The notes under the pieces: generated by a model
What the model was told of the DNA's origin: nothing
The model's database searches: none
The model's input: only the letters and a program-made list of their open reading frames with translations
Program-made: the position numbers and the translations under genes
IMG/VR virus record: IMGVR_UViG_3300027833_000068
Coordinates: 1-52,952 of that record
Reading direction: 5' to 3' (one strand)
From: a virus
Lineage: Duplodnaviria; Caudoviricetes
Length of the DNA stretch: 52,952 nucleotides
Shown: piece by piece, positions 21,268 to 30,446 of the stretch
How positions within the stretch are numbered: position 1 is the first letter of the stretch
Layout: each line of letters starts with the position of its first letter

Positions 21268-23670
21268 CTATGCATAACCGTCTGATTTAATAACGTTAAC
21301 AGCCGCAAGTAATTGTGTTGGAGATATTCTTGACTTATTTCCAGCAACACCAGCATAATAACTTTCACCAGGATTAACAACTCGTTTTGCTGGCTTAGAA
21401 TATGTTTTTTCAATTACTGGTAAACTTGCCCACTCTTGTGCCATTGATAAACAGAATGATTTTCTAGATTTTGAACCAGACCTAAATGCATCAACTCCTC
21501 TACGCTGTAGCAACTTACGACACAATTTATCTTGGTTAGCAGGACTAAACAGCTCTGTTCTGCTTAATACTCCATCTCCGTCAATAAGACTTTTAAGAGT
21601 CTTATTAATTATTTGATATTTGCCTGCAGCACTACTAATTGAACCTGCATTTACTGATGCTGTTTGCCAATCTAAAACTTCTTGCACTGTTAGTTCTGAA
21701 AGCTGTTTTCCATAATACGATATTGGTGTTATGTTACTTCCGCCATAAGGAGTATTGTAACCTGCACCTTCAGCTGCTCCAATAATATCTAGTATATTTC
21801 CGTCGGCTCCAACAGTAGAATATTTTTGTGCTAGTGCTTTATCATCGGCGCCACCGGCACCGGCAGTTCCTACACCACCATAAACTCTTTTAGTGCCGCT
21901 TGTATCTGCTACATTTGAGGAGTCCGATCTTGTGCCACCTGTAAAACTCTTTCTAAAAGTATCTACAGTATTAAGTAATGCAGCATTAGGTAATGAAACA
22001 TCATTATTAATATCTGTTCTTTCACTTTTAAGCATTACAGGATCTAAATTTTCATGATGTGCATATGGCTCGTGACTTGGCATCCTTTTTACAAAAGTAA
22101 TTACGTCTGATGGAACTATTGTTCCTGGGCTTGTTTTAGGTACAGTCCATGTAGGTAACGGTATTGCAGACACAGCGTCTGTTGCATCAGTAGCATCTGT
22201 ACCTGCACTTGATGTAGCACTGTTTAAATTAATATCTGTGGAGCCGTCAATTTCAACGTTGCCGCCTACGGCATTAATATTAATTGCTCCTTCTGTTGCT
22301 GTTAAGTATGATGCTTTTCCTACTAAGTTAAGAGTTTCTGTAGAATTAATAAGCATGTTTGTTCCAGCTTTTATATGTCCTTCTTCATCTGCTAATATGT
22401 ATAAATTTGCATTTGTATGATGATGTATATCACCCGTAACTAATGTCTTTTGTATTCCGCCAATTTTAATATCTTGATCCTTAGCAACATCTACAAACAT
22501 ATTAGTTTCAGCTCTTAAAGTTGTATTAGTTTGGCTTTCTATTTTTACTTCACCGCCTGAAGCAAAATTATCATATCTACCACTGGCTCGCATGTTTACA
22601 TTTCTGCCACCTTCGATGTTTACATCTCTATCTGCTGTAAGATTAATATCTGCATCACTATGAATAGATATACTATCTAATCCGTATACGTCTATTTTCC
22701 CGTCACTAGTTAATTCTACCCAAGCTGTGCCTCTACTGTTTGCAATATAGATAAAGTCTTCACTATTATGCATTAATATTTGATGCCCTGTTCTAGTTCT
22801 AAATCTTAACAGTTCGTTGTGAGGTATTGTACTTTGGCCAAAGTCTTCGCCGGCTTCAATATTAGCATATGCTGGAGGACCTGCTGATGCATGCGAAACT
22901 CTTAATAGTTTGTCATCACCGTCATCCATAACAAAACTCGAGCCGCCTAATCGATTTACAAAAGCAGAATGTTTAAGGCCTGCTTCTCCCTTTAATCCTT
23001 TAGGTGCACCTTGTCGTTTATCTACTGGTCCAGGTGTGCTTATTCCAAATACAGTACTCGGTACTTCTCGTCTTGCACTTGAAGAAGTTAGTCCTCTATT
23101 TTCGTCTCTAATTAATCCTTGTACTTCTAGTGTTTGTGTAAAATCTTTGTTGTATGGTTTAAGATATCTTGTTGGATCTCTGCCATTACCCTTTTCAACT
23201 TTTTTGTTATATTCGCCTGTTGGTAATTTAAGTCCTTGTACATTGTCAGGTGTTTGCGGAGTTGTAAGTGAAGTTGATGCACGGCCATCTGGAACCATAA
23301 AGTTCATAAACTTGTCCTGCACACACCCAATCCAAAAACCGTTAGCAATATCGCCTTCTGCAAAAGTTACTAATACTCTAGCACCTACATCAGGTGGAAC
23401 AAACCACATACCATAACTTTTTTGTGTTGCTGCATATCCATCATTATTTGTTGTGTGCTGGGGATTAGTAACACCATAAAACGGTGATAGATATCTAACT
23501 TCAATTGATGTGCCTAATTTTTCAGGTAAACTGCCTGAAGAATTATTTCTTAAAATATCAACTTTTAATGTGCCCATGTAAGTAGTATCTAAATTGCTCA
23601 CTACGATGGCTTCAAATGGTCCTGGTCCAATATCAAGTTTCTTTAAATTAGTTCTTTTACTTTTTGCCAA
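21268..23670 (-). CDS. gp5: Baseplate hub spike gp5/VgrG-like protein with C-terminal lysozyme-like domain
   Basis: TTG start; OB-fold motif (SYGMWFVPPDVGARVLVTFAEGD...FWIG), beta-helix repeats, C-terminal AEG...YN...AAGKYQII...FSPANQD...EWASLP muramidase signature. Confidence 0.85.
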   Translation of the reverse strand: MAKSKRTNLKKLDIGPGPFEAIVVSNLDTTYMGTLKVDILRNNSSGSLPEKLGTSIEVRYLSPFYGVTNPQHTTNNDGYAATQKSYGMWFVPPDVGARVLVTFAEGDIANGFWIGCVQDKFMNFMVPDGRASTSLTTPQTPDNVQGLKLPTGEYNKKVEKGNGRDPTRYLKPYNKDFTQTLEVQGLIRDENRGLTSSSARREVPSTVFGISTPGPVDKRQGAPKGLKGEAGLKHSAFVNRLGGSSFVMDDGDDKLLRVSHASAGPPAYANIEAGEDFGQSTIPHNELLRFRTRTGHQILMHNSEDFIYIANSRGTAWVELTSDGKIDVYGLDSISIHSDADINLTADRDVNIEGGRNVNMRASGRYDNFASGGEVKIESQTNTTLRAETNMFVDVAKDQDIKIGGIQKTLVTGDIHHHTNANLYILADEEGHIKAGTNMLINSTETLNLVGKASYLTATEGAININAVGGNVEIDGSTDINLNSATSSAGTDATDATDAVSAIPLPTWTVPKTSPGTIVPSDVITFVKRMPSHEPYAHHENLDPVMLKSERTDINNDVSLPNAALLNTVDTFRKSFTGGTRSDSSNVADTSGTKRVYGGVGTAGAGGADDKALAQKYSTVGADGNILDIIGAAEGAGYNTPYGGSNITPISYYGKQLSELTVQEVLDWQTASVNAGSISSAAGKYQIINKTLKSLIDGDGVLSRTELFSPANQDKLCRKLLQRRGVDAFRSGSKSRKSFCLSMAQEWASLPVIEKTYSKPAKRVVNPGESYYAGVAGNKSRISPTQLLAAVNVIKSDGYA

Positions 23671-23682
23671 TGTAAACTTCCA

Positions 23683-26600
23683 TTAAATTGCTGTTGTGCC
23701 AGGATTGAATTGCTGAGTTTCTGGTTCTACTGTTACGTCTCGTGCTGTTGCTGTATTTACTTCATCTCCGAACTCGTTATAAGTAACCCCGGACGATAAT
23801 TGTGTTACTGGTCTACTTGTTTCTACACCCTGAGCTGTGTAAAATGCAGATATTGCTTTTACCTTGTCACCTAGTTGTATATTGTATAGATTGTCAGTTG
23901 GGTCTGTAGGAAAGTATGGTCGTATACTTGATTCGCCACGTACACTATTTTGAAATGCACTTTCGTATCCTGCATATTGGGTCGTTGTCATTGAACGTGT
24001 GCCACTAACTCTGTACCCGTCATCTAGTGCTGCTGTTTTTTGTTTAGGATCTTTTGTGTCAGCGCCGTCTGGTCTTGTTGGTCCAACAAATGGCGTTCCT
24101 CCAGGAATTAATCCGTTTGCCGGCCATTCAAACGAGCCTTGTTCAGCTTTTGCTGCACAAAAATGCATAGCATCTGTTGAACTGTTCCAGTTACCGCCCC
24201 ATCCTAGTCCATACTTCTCACCTAGTGCTACCATAACTGATCCGGTTCCGTCTTCCGGCATGTCTGTAAAATCATCTGTAACTCTTCCGGTTTTCTTAAT
24301 TTTTCTAAAAGGATTTTCTGCTGGGTTAATATCAATTGCAAGTCCACTAGCATGATAGCTAGGTCTTGATCCGCCTTCTATAGCTCTTTGCGCATACCCG
24401 CCTAATGATTTTATTTCGTAATTGTATTCTGTTTCTAATTCGTCAATTAATCCTTGGAAGTTTTTTGCAAACATTGCAGCAACCTGTGTTGTTTTTCCTG
24501 TTGATGTTCTAATTGTTGCCAACGGCCCATTAGTTCCTGTTGGAGGCACTACACCAATGTCTTGATTAGTAGTATCTTCTGAATAATCTGAACCAGGTTC
24601 TCCAGCAGGCCCTATGTCGTTAGGATTAAGACTTTCGCAACCTGGTTTTTCAACAAGTGCTTTAACTTTATTAATGCCTGCTGTACTTTGATTTCTACGT
24701 CTTACTAGTTCTAAAGTTTGTGTAAATTTATTGCCGCTTATTTTTGATTGAACAGTTATTACCTGATATACTCCGCTGAAACTGTCTACAGCAAGAGTGT
24801 CTGCTCCTGAGAAAAACATTGTGCCGTCACTGTTATAATCAACTGGAGTTCTAAAGTTTACAATAATATCTATTTCATTCCTTTGGTGATCAACGCCGCC
24901 GCCAGCTGTTATATTTTTTGTGCCGCCTCGAGGTGCTGTATAATTTCCAATTCCGCTATCTGGTAAAAAGTAAGGATCTCCCCAAATTTCTAGTTCTGCT
25001 GTGATTAAATCAACAGGACTGTTTATTAGAGCATTATGGAACATCTTAGCAAGCTCTTCGCCGTACTGTTTATTATAACTACCACCATTAAAATTGCCAG
25101 GCTTCATAACAGACCTTGATTTACCTTCTGGTATAACATTACCGTCTGTTGGTTTTCCTGTTACAGGAGTTTGTGGTGTAATCGTAGTTTTTTCTCTATC
25201 ATTAACTACAGCTGATGCGTTTAGTTGGCCCATATCCATTTGTATTGCTTGGTAAAATGCTGCATCGAATTTAATATCAAAGCCTAACACATCTTCATTT
25301 TTTCCAGAGTAAATATAGTTGTATGTTTTTACACAATGTTTTGCTTTTTCAATTAAGCCAGGCCCTGCTTGGTTAGGCGCACTAAATCTACTTGCATCTA
25401 CTTTATAAGGAACTACATCATACACATAAATTTTTGCTGGTTCACCATTTGCACTTTCATATGCTTGGTCACTTATAATATAACACTGTGACTCAATTCT
25501 AAACCAACTAAGTTCACCTTTTTGGTCTGCTCTTTGTAGTGCTGTTCTACCATACTCACTTACAATTACAAGTTCTTCAATTATCTTAGTAATCGGTGTT
25601 CCTTGATCAAACTTAAATGTTCTATTTTTATCGCTAATAGTAAGTTCTACACCATTACGTTTGTAAATATTTGTTTCTTTATCATATGCATACAATCCTA
25701 ATCCAAAAGGATTGTCGCCACCTTCTTTATAATCGGATATCATTTTACTGGCACCGATAGCATTTAAATCAGTAATGCCGGATGCTTTGAGCGTTTGAAG
25801 TAATGAACTATTAGTAGCGTCTACGCCAACACTGTTAAAGAATGATGTTAATCCATCTTCTTCAGGTACGTCTGCTGTTTGGCTTCCTTTGCGAGATGCC
25901 CTTGCTTCTGAATCTGTCTGGGTTGCTTTATTAGTATCCGGGGGTGCTAACATTGACTTCGTTATTGGAGGTGTACGCTTTGTAGGAAATCTAATAAGAT
26001 AATAGTTAGTTGCCGGTTGACAAGTTTTTTTAGCAATTTCTTCTAGCTTAGAATTAATTATAGTTGATAATCCTTGTTCTCCTACTGAAAGTACATCAAG
26101 CAATGATTCACCTGTAAGACTTACAGGATCTGTTATTTTTTGTACCTCTTCATCAAAGGATTGTTCGTTCCAAGGTATACATTCTACTTGATAAGTGCTT
26201 CCTCCACTTTCTACACTAAATTCAATATTAATTAATTTAAACGGAAATGATCTTTTGCTGTATGCAGCTGGCCTGCCGCCCGCGTCGTCAAATCCTACAA
26301 AGTCAAGTTCTAACAAATACGGTGCTTGTAAATAGTTTTCAAATCCTGCATCAAAAGCAGCACCCTGCAATGCTTGTAAAAATATTCCCATTGAGTAAGG
26401 TTCTTTTACTGAGAAACTAAAATTAATTGCTTGAGTAGCGCCTGTTCTACTATTGGCTGCTAAAATAGCAGTCATATCAAAGTCATCTATGAAGTATTCT
26501 AAATTGCCCTTTTCTTCACCGGCACTATCATATGCTGTTTGTATACGCTTGTCGTCGATGCCGCCGCCGCCACTGTTTAATATAGTAAAGTCTGCACCGT

Positions 26601-27237
26601 TTTTAAGATATGTGTCAACAGGATTATTTGCACTATCTGCCGTTAACACTCCTAAAGAAAAAATGGCGTTAACACTATTAAATAATCTAAGTGGATTTTT
26701 AATTGTTATTCCCGGACCTTTAGGTTCCTTTTCGGGTTCGCTGTTTGATCCTTTTTGCGAACCAGGGTGACCATCTAATATCTTTTCTATATCTGTAAGT
26801 ACGGATTGAAATTCAGCGTCAACAAGGCTATCAAGTTTATCACTTACAGCTGCGTTAAGATCGACATCAGTCATAACGCTGTTAGCTAAAGGAATTACTT
26901 GTTGTATAAGACTATCTGCTTTGCTTTGTAAACTTGCGCCGAAGCCATTTGCAAGGGCATTTAGACTTGGTGGATATATTGAACTTGGAGACGGATCTAC
27001 ATTTACTAACTGTGGTATACTTCTACCTAAAGATGCAACTTTTTGTCCTAGACCTTGAATATCAGTTTTAGAAAAAGGATTTTCAAGAACACTTAATGCA
27101 CCCGATGCATCATATACATTTGTTGCTATGTTTTTTATATCGCCAAACTGTGCCGAAGCATCAAAATTATCTAATCCTAAGTTGCTAGTAAGAGTTTTTG
27201 CTTTGTTTTCAATAATAGCTTTTGGATTAATGCTCAT
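23683..27237 (-). CDS. Baseplate hub protein (gp27/late control D-like) fused to an M15-family peptidoglycan peptidase
   Basis: Hub-like motifs (LEIWGDPYFL, FSGVYQVITVQSKISGNKFTQTLELVR); C-terminal SYHASGLAIDIN...GLGWGGNW...DAMHF Zn-peptidase M15 motif; sits directly upstream of gp5. Confidence 0.75.
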   Translation of the reverse strand: MSINPKAIIENKAKTLTSNLGLDNFDASAQFGDIKNIATNVYDASGALSVLENPFSKTDIQGLGQKVASLGRSIPQLVNVDPSPSSIYPPSLNALANGFGASLQSKADSLIQQVIPLANSVMTDVDLNAAVSDKLDSLVDAEFQSVLTDIEKILDGHPGSQKGSNSEPEKEPKGPGITIKNPLRLFNSVNAIFSLGVLTADSANNPVDTYLKNGADFTILNSGGGGIDDKRIQTAYDSAGEEKGNLEYFIDDFDMTAILAANSRTGATQAINFSFSVKEPYSMGIFLQALQGAAFDAGFENYLQAPYLLELDFVGFDDAGGRPAAYSKRSFPFKLINIEFSVESGGSTYQVECIPWNEQSFDEEVQKITDPVSLTGESLLDVLSVGEQGLSTIINSKLEEIAKKTCQPATNYYLIRFPTKRTPPITKSMLAPPDTNKATQTDSEARASRKGSQTADVPEEDGLTSFFNSVGVDATNSSLLQTLKASGITDLNAIGASKMISDYKEGGDNPFGLGLYAYDKETNIYKRNGVELTISDKNRTFKFDQGTPITKIIEELVIVSEYGRTALQRADQKGELSWFRIESQCYIISDQAYESANGEPAKIYVYDVVPYKVDASRFSAPNQAGPGLIEKAKHCVKTYNYIYSGKNEDVLGFDIKFDAAFYQAIQMDMGQLNASAVVNDREKTTITPQTPVTGKPTDGNVIPEGKSRSVMKPGNFNGGSYNKQYGEELAKMFHNALINSPVDLITAELEIWGDPYFLPDSGIGNYTAPRGGTKNITAGGGVDHQRNEIDIIVNFRTPVDYNSDGTMFFSGADTLAVDSFSGVYQVITVQSKISGNKFTQTLELVRRRNQSTAGINKVKALVEKPGCESLNPNDIGPAGEPGSDYSEDTTNQDIGVVPPTGTNGPLATIRTSTGKTTQVAAMFAKNFQGLIDELETEYNYEIKSLGGYAQRAIEGGSRPSYHASGLAIDINPAENPFRKIKKTGRVTDDFTDMPEDGTGSVMVALGEKYGLGWGGNWNSSTDAMHFCAAKAEQGSFEWPANGLIPGGTPFVGPTRPDGADTKDPKQKTAALDDGYRVSGTRSMTTTQYAGYESAFQNSVRGESSIRPYFPTDPTDNLYNIQLGDKVKAISAFYTAQGVETSRPVTQLSSGVTYNEFGDEVNTATARDVTVEPETQQFNPGTTAI

Positions 27238-27540
27238 TTATATTCCCAATTTTCTTTTAAGTTTGGCCGGATTAGGTAAAAATATAGTTGTTCCGGCAAC
27301 CATATCAAATACCGGATCTTTAATTATATCCATATTTCTCTGTGCAAACACCCACCATAGTTTTGGTGTTCCATAAAGGTCATATGCCAATAAGTCTGGT
27401 CTATGAGTATATTGTGTTTCAATAGTGTAACTCGAATCGTCTGATGATTTAGGCACAGGTCTTATTCTAAGTATATCTAGTGCGCCGTTTCTAGTGTATG
27501 GTGTTTGCTTCCACGGACTTGATGATGTATAATTTGCCAT
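27238..27540 (-). CDS. Small baseplate protein, gp53/LysM-like
   Basis: YTHRPDLLAYDLYGTPKLWWVF motif typical of gp53-like wedge proteins. Confidence 0.8.
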   Translation of the reverse strand: MANYTSSSPWKQTPYTRNGALDILRIRPVPKSSDDSSYTIETQYTHRPDLLAYDLYGTPKLWWVFAQRNMDIIKDPVFDMVAGTTIFLPNPAKLKRKLGI

Positions 27541-28439
27541 TAAATAAAGCCCTCTGAGCCGCTAATGTAATCACCATTAACAAACTTTTGTAAATTAAAT
27601 TCACTAGTTCTTCTTCTTGAAAAAGTAGGTTTAAGTGTTACAGATATTTGACTGTTTGTAGGCACCCATGAAGTTGCTCCTTCAATATCGGCGCCTTCTA
27701 GTGCTGTAGCAATATAATCAACATCTGCTGGAAGGTCTACTGTAAAGTTTGCTATAACTACAGGAACATTATTAAAGATATAATCTCCATATCCATTTAA
27801 TCTTACCATAGGAGGCGGTGATCCAGCATTTGCTGATGTTTCTCCATAAAACATTTTTGTTACAGTACGCAAGTAATGTATAGCACCAATCCAATATTTT
27901 GCATCGTCTGGGCTTTCTACAGGAAACTCACCAGTAATTACAATGTCATCTGCTTGACTGTTTTCGTAAATTTGAAATGGGTAATTAGTATGCACAGGTT
28001 GCAACGTATTATAATTTGCACTATGACTTACAATTATTGTAGGAGTAATTGGAAAACAGAAGCCATTAGTTTTTATTAGCGGGGATAACAGTTTAGAATT
28101 ATCTAGTGTTGGACTTGCAGGCAGACTAAGTTTTACACGCCAATCAGCATCTTTTGCAGATTGTGCAAACCCGGCGCCAACTTTGGAATCTACTTTGCCA
28201 GTTTCTGCACTTGGTAGATTAATACTTCTAGCTTGTTTTGCAAACCCTAAGGCTCCAAATATTTCACTAGTTATATTTTTAATTGTACTATCTATAAAGC
28301 CTACACCAGTGTTTAAAGTATCACCAACAAATTTTTCAACTGATGCTTGAGCACCTGCGGTTAGTGATGCTTGTGCTTTGTTTGCTTGTGTCTTTACAGC
28401 TTTTCCTACTGCGCCAAACGGATCTGTTGCCATTTTCAT
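27540..28439 (-). CDS. Baseplate tail-tube initiator/cap protein (gp48/gp54-like)
   Basis: FPITPTI...HTNY, PPPMVRLNGYGDYIFNNVPVVIANFTVDLPADVDY motif of tube-like baseplate proteins; first gene of the leftward operon. Confidence 0.6.
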   Translation of the reverse strand: MKMATDPFGAVGKAVKTQANKAQASLTAGAQASVEKFVGDTLNTGVGFIDSTIKNITSEIFGALGFAKQARSINLPSAETGKVDSKVGAGFAQSAKDADWRVKLSLPASPTLDNSKLLSPLIKTNGFCFPITPTIIVSHSANYNTLQPVHTNYPFQIYENSQADDIVITGEFPVESPDDAKYWIGAIHYLRTVTKMFYGETSANAGSPPPMVRLNGYGDYIFNNVPVVIANFTVDLPADVDYIATALEGADIEGATSWVPTNSQISVTLKPTFSRRRTSEFNLQKFVNGDYISGSEGFI

Positions 28440-28454
28440 ATCTCCTATATGTAT

Positions 28455-28462
28455 TATTTAGT
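28455..28462 (-). promoter_or_regulatory. Putative T4-type late promoter (ACTAAATA) for the leftward baseplate operon
   Basis: TAAATA core just upstream of the AGGAG SD of the 28439 gene; matches the motif recurring before other structural genes. Confidence 0.55.
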
Positions 28463-28490
28463 TGACATAATTAAGTATGTAGTTTATAAT
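28462..28490 (+). promoter_or_regulatory. Consensus sigma70 promoter upstream of the late sigma gene
   Basis: TTGACA (28462-28467), 17-nt spacer, TATAAT (28485-28490). Confidence 0.9.
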
Positions 28491-28516
28491 AGTGTTAATT
28501 AACTTGGAGAATACCA

Positions 28517-29377
28517 TTGAGAAAACGTAATTACCTTAATAATAAGGACATATTGTCAGAAATCCATAAATCTAAGAACACTTTTAATAGTTATGTGGAA
28601 TCTTCATATCATCAGTACGATTTGATACTGTTAGATATAGCTAAAATTAATAGACTAACTATTGCTGAAGCAAAAAGAGCGAAGGCTAAGAGGCTCAGCT
28701 CTGCTGAATACGAAAGACGAAAAATGGCCGGTGAAAAGGTCAAGCAAGCTGAATGTGAAACAGATTGGAAAAAGATAACAAAAGAAGAACTAATCTTCCG
28801 TGTTATGTCATTTGATCATATTCCAGAAGAGCCTGGACGTAAGAAGAATCCTAAAACTATAGCAGACACTAAGACTAAACTTAACTTTCCACCATTTCAT
28901 CATTACAAATTTAATGACGAAGGTGAGCTTGTTTTAGTTGGTAAAAGTCATTGGGTCGGTGGTATGGACAACGGGCACTTTGACAAAACACATGGTAAGG
29001 CAACAAATACACTTGCTACTATGTGGTTAAAGTTAGTAGACCGTTATGCTACTCGAGGCAATGTACGTGGTTACACATACAATGACGAAATGAAGGGTCA
29101 AGCAATACTACAATTAGCGCAGATTGGTTTACAATTTGACGAATCAAAGTCAAACAATCCGTTTGCATACTATACAGCAGCCGTTACTAACAGTTTTGTA
29201 CGTGTTATTAATATAGAAAAACGTAATCAAAACATTAGAGACGACATTTTAGAAATGAACGATCTTAATCCTTCTTACACAAGACAAGCACAAGGTGAAT
29301 GGGAAGCAGCTGTAAAACGTAACGAACAAGCACCTATTACAATCTTTAAAGATAAAAAACCGGTTGACAACAGCTAA
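28517..29377 (+). CDS. gp55: Late-transcription sigma factor, gp55-like
   Basis: TTG start with GGAG SD; NYLNNKDIL N-terminus and RGYTYNDEMKGQAI...FDESKSNNPFAYYT motif of gp55 homologues; adjacent to gp47/gp46 as in T4-like phages. Confidence 0.85.
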   Translation: MRKRNYLNNKDILSEIHKSKNTFNSYVESSYHQYDLILLDIAKINRLTIAEAKRAKAKRLSSAEYERRKMAGEKVKQAECETDWKKITKEELIFRVMSFDHIPEEPGRKKNPKTIADTKTKLNFPPFHHYKFNDEGELVLVGKSHWVGGMDNGHFDKTHGKATNTLATMWLKLVDRYATRGNVRGYTYNDEMKGQAILQLAQIGLQFDESKSNNPFAYYTAAVTNSFVRVINIEKRNQNIRDDILEMNDLNPSYTRQAQGEWEAAVKRNEQAPITIFKDKKPVDNS

Positions 29378-29392
29378 TTGTTTCGCTATAAT
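29364..29392 (+). promoter_or_regulatory. Consensus sigma70 promoter upstream of gp47
   Basis: TTGACA (29364-29369), 17-nt spacer, TATAAT (29387-29392). Confidence 0.9.
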
Positions 29393-29423
29393 ATTAATAT
29401 AAGAGCCTAATGGAGGACTGACT

Positions 29424-30446
29424 TTGTTTAAGAAAGCCGCTGTCTTTACCGATATTCACTTCGGTTTAAAAAGCAATTCGCGTGTTCATAATGACGACTG
29501 TGAAGAATTTATTGATTGGTACATAGAACAAGCACAAGCTGCCGGTTGTGAAACTGGTATCTTCTGCGGAGACTGGCATCACAACAGAAATAGCCTTAAC
29601 CTTACAACTATGGATGCAACTATTAGATCCATGGAAAAATTGGGTAATGCATTTGAAAAGTTTTATTTCTTTGATGGTAATCATGATTTATACTACAAAG
29701 ACAAAAGAGATGTAAATTCAACAGCATTTGCAAAACACATTCCCGGAATTACGTTTGTTGACGAAATGATGGTTGAAGAAGATGTTGCACTTGTTCCTTG
29801 GTTAGTAGGCGATGAATGGAAGAAAATACAAAAGTGTAAAGCAAAGTATATGTTTGGTCACTTTGAACTTCCTAGTTTTTATATGAACGCAATGGTTAAG
29901 ATGCCCGATCACGGAGGCGATCTTAACAAACAACATTTTGCAAATCAAGATTATGTGTTTAGTGGACACTTTCACAAAAGACAAACACAGGGTAAAATAC
30001 ATTATATCGGTAATGCGTTTCCACACAACTATGCAGATGCGTGGGACGACGATAGAGGTATGATGATATTAGATCGTGAAAACGATTTAGAACCAGAATA
30101 CATCAATTGGGAAGATTGTCCAAAGTATCGGACTGTAAAACTTTCAAAACTAATTGATGAACAGAGCACTCTTATTAAGAGTAGAATGTATCTGCGTGTA
30201 GAACTTGACATTGACATTAGTTACGAAGAAGCAAGTTTTATTAAAGAAACATTTATAAGAGATTATAAATGTAGAGAAATTACACTTATTCCCCAATCAC
30301 AAATTGAGGAAATATCAACAGACTTAGACATTAGCAAATTTGTTAGTGTTGACCAAATTGTTGCAGGTGAAATAGCAGAACTAGATACAGACTCTTTTGA
30401 TAAGGTAAAACTTTTGGAGATTTATAACGGATTGGCACATGATTAA
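29424..30446 (+). CDS. gp47: Recombination endonuclease, Mre11/SbcD-like
   Basis: Metallophosphoesterase motifs DIHFG, GDWHH, GNHD, FGHFE, SGHFH; TTG start with GGAGG SD. Confidence 0.93.
   Translation: MFKKAAVFTDIHFGLKSNSRVHNDDCEEFIDWYIEQAQAAGCETGIFCGDWHHNRNSLNLTTMDATIRSMEKLGNAFEKFYFFDGNHDLYYKDKRDVNSTAFAKHIPGITFVDEMMVEEDVALVPWLVGDEWKKIQKCKAKYMFGHFELPSFYMNAMVKMPDHGGDLNKQHFANQDYVFSGHFHKRQTQGKIHYIGNAFPHNYADAWDDDRGMMILDRENDLEPEYINWEDCPKYRTVKLSKLIDEQSTLIKSRMYLRVELDIDISYEEASFIKETFIRDYKCREITLIPQSQIEEISTDLDISKFVSVDQIVAGEIAELDTDSFDKVKLLEIYNGLAHD

Noticed and set aside
885-27376. Numerous short plus-strand ORFs opposite the baseplate genes
   Set aside because: Antisense to well-supported genes, no SD, low-information translations.
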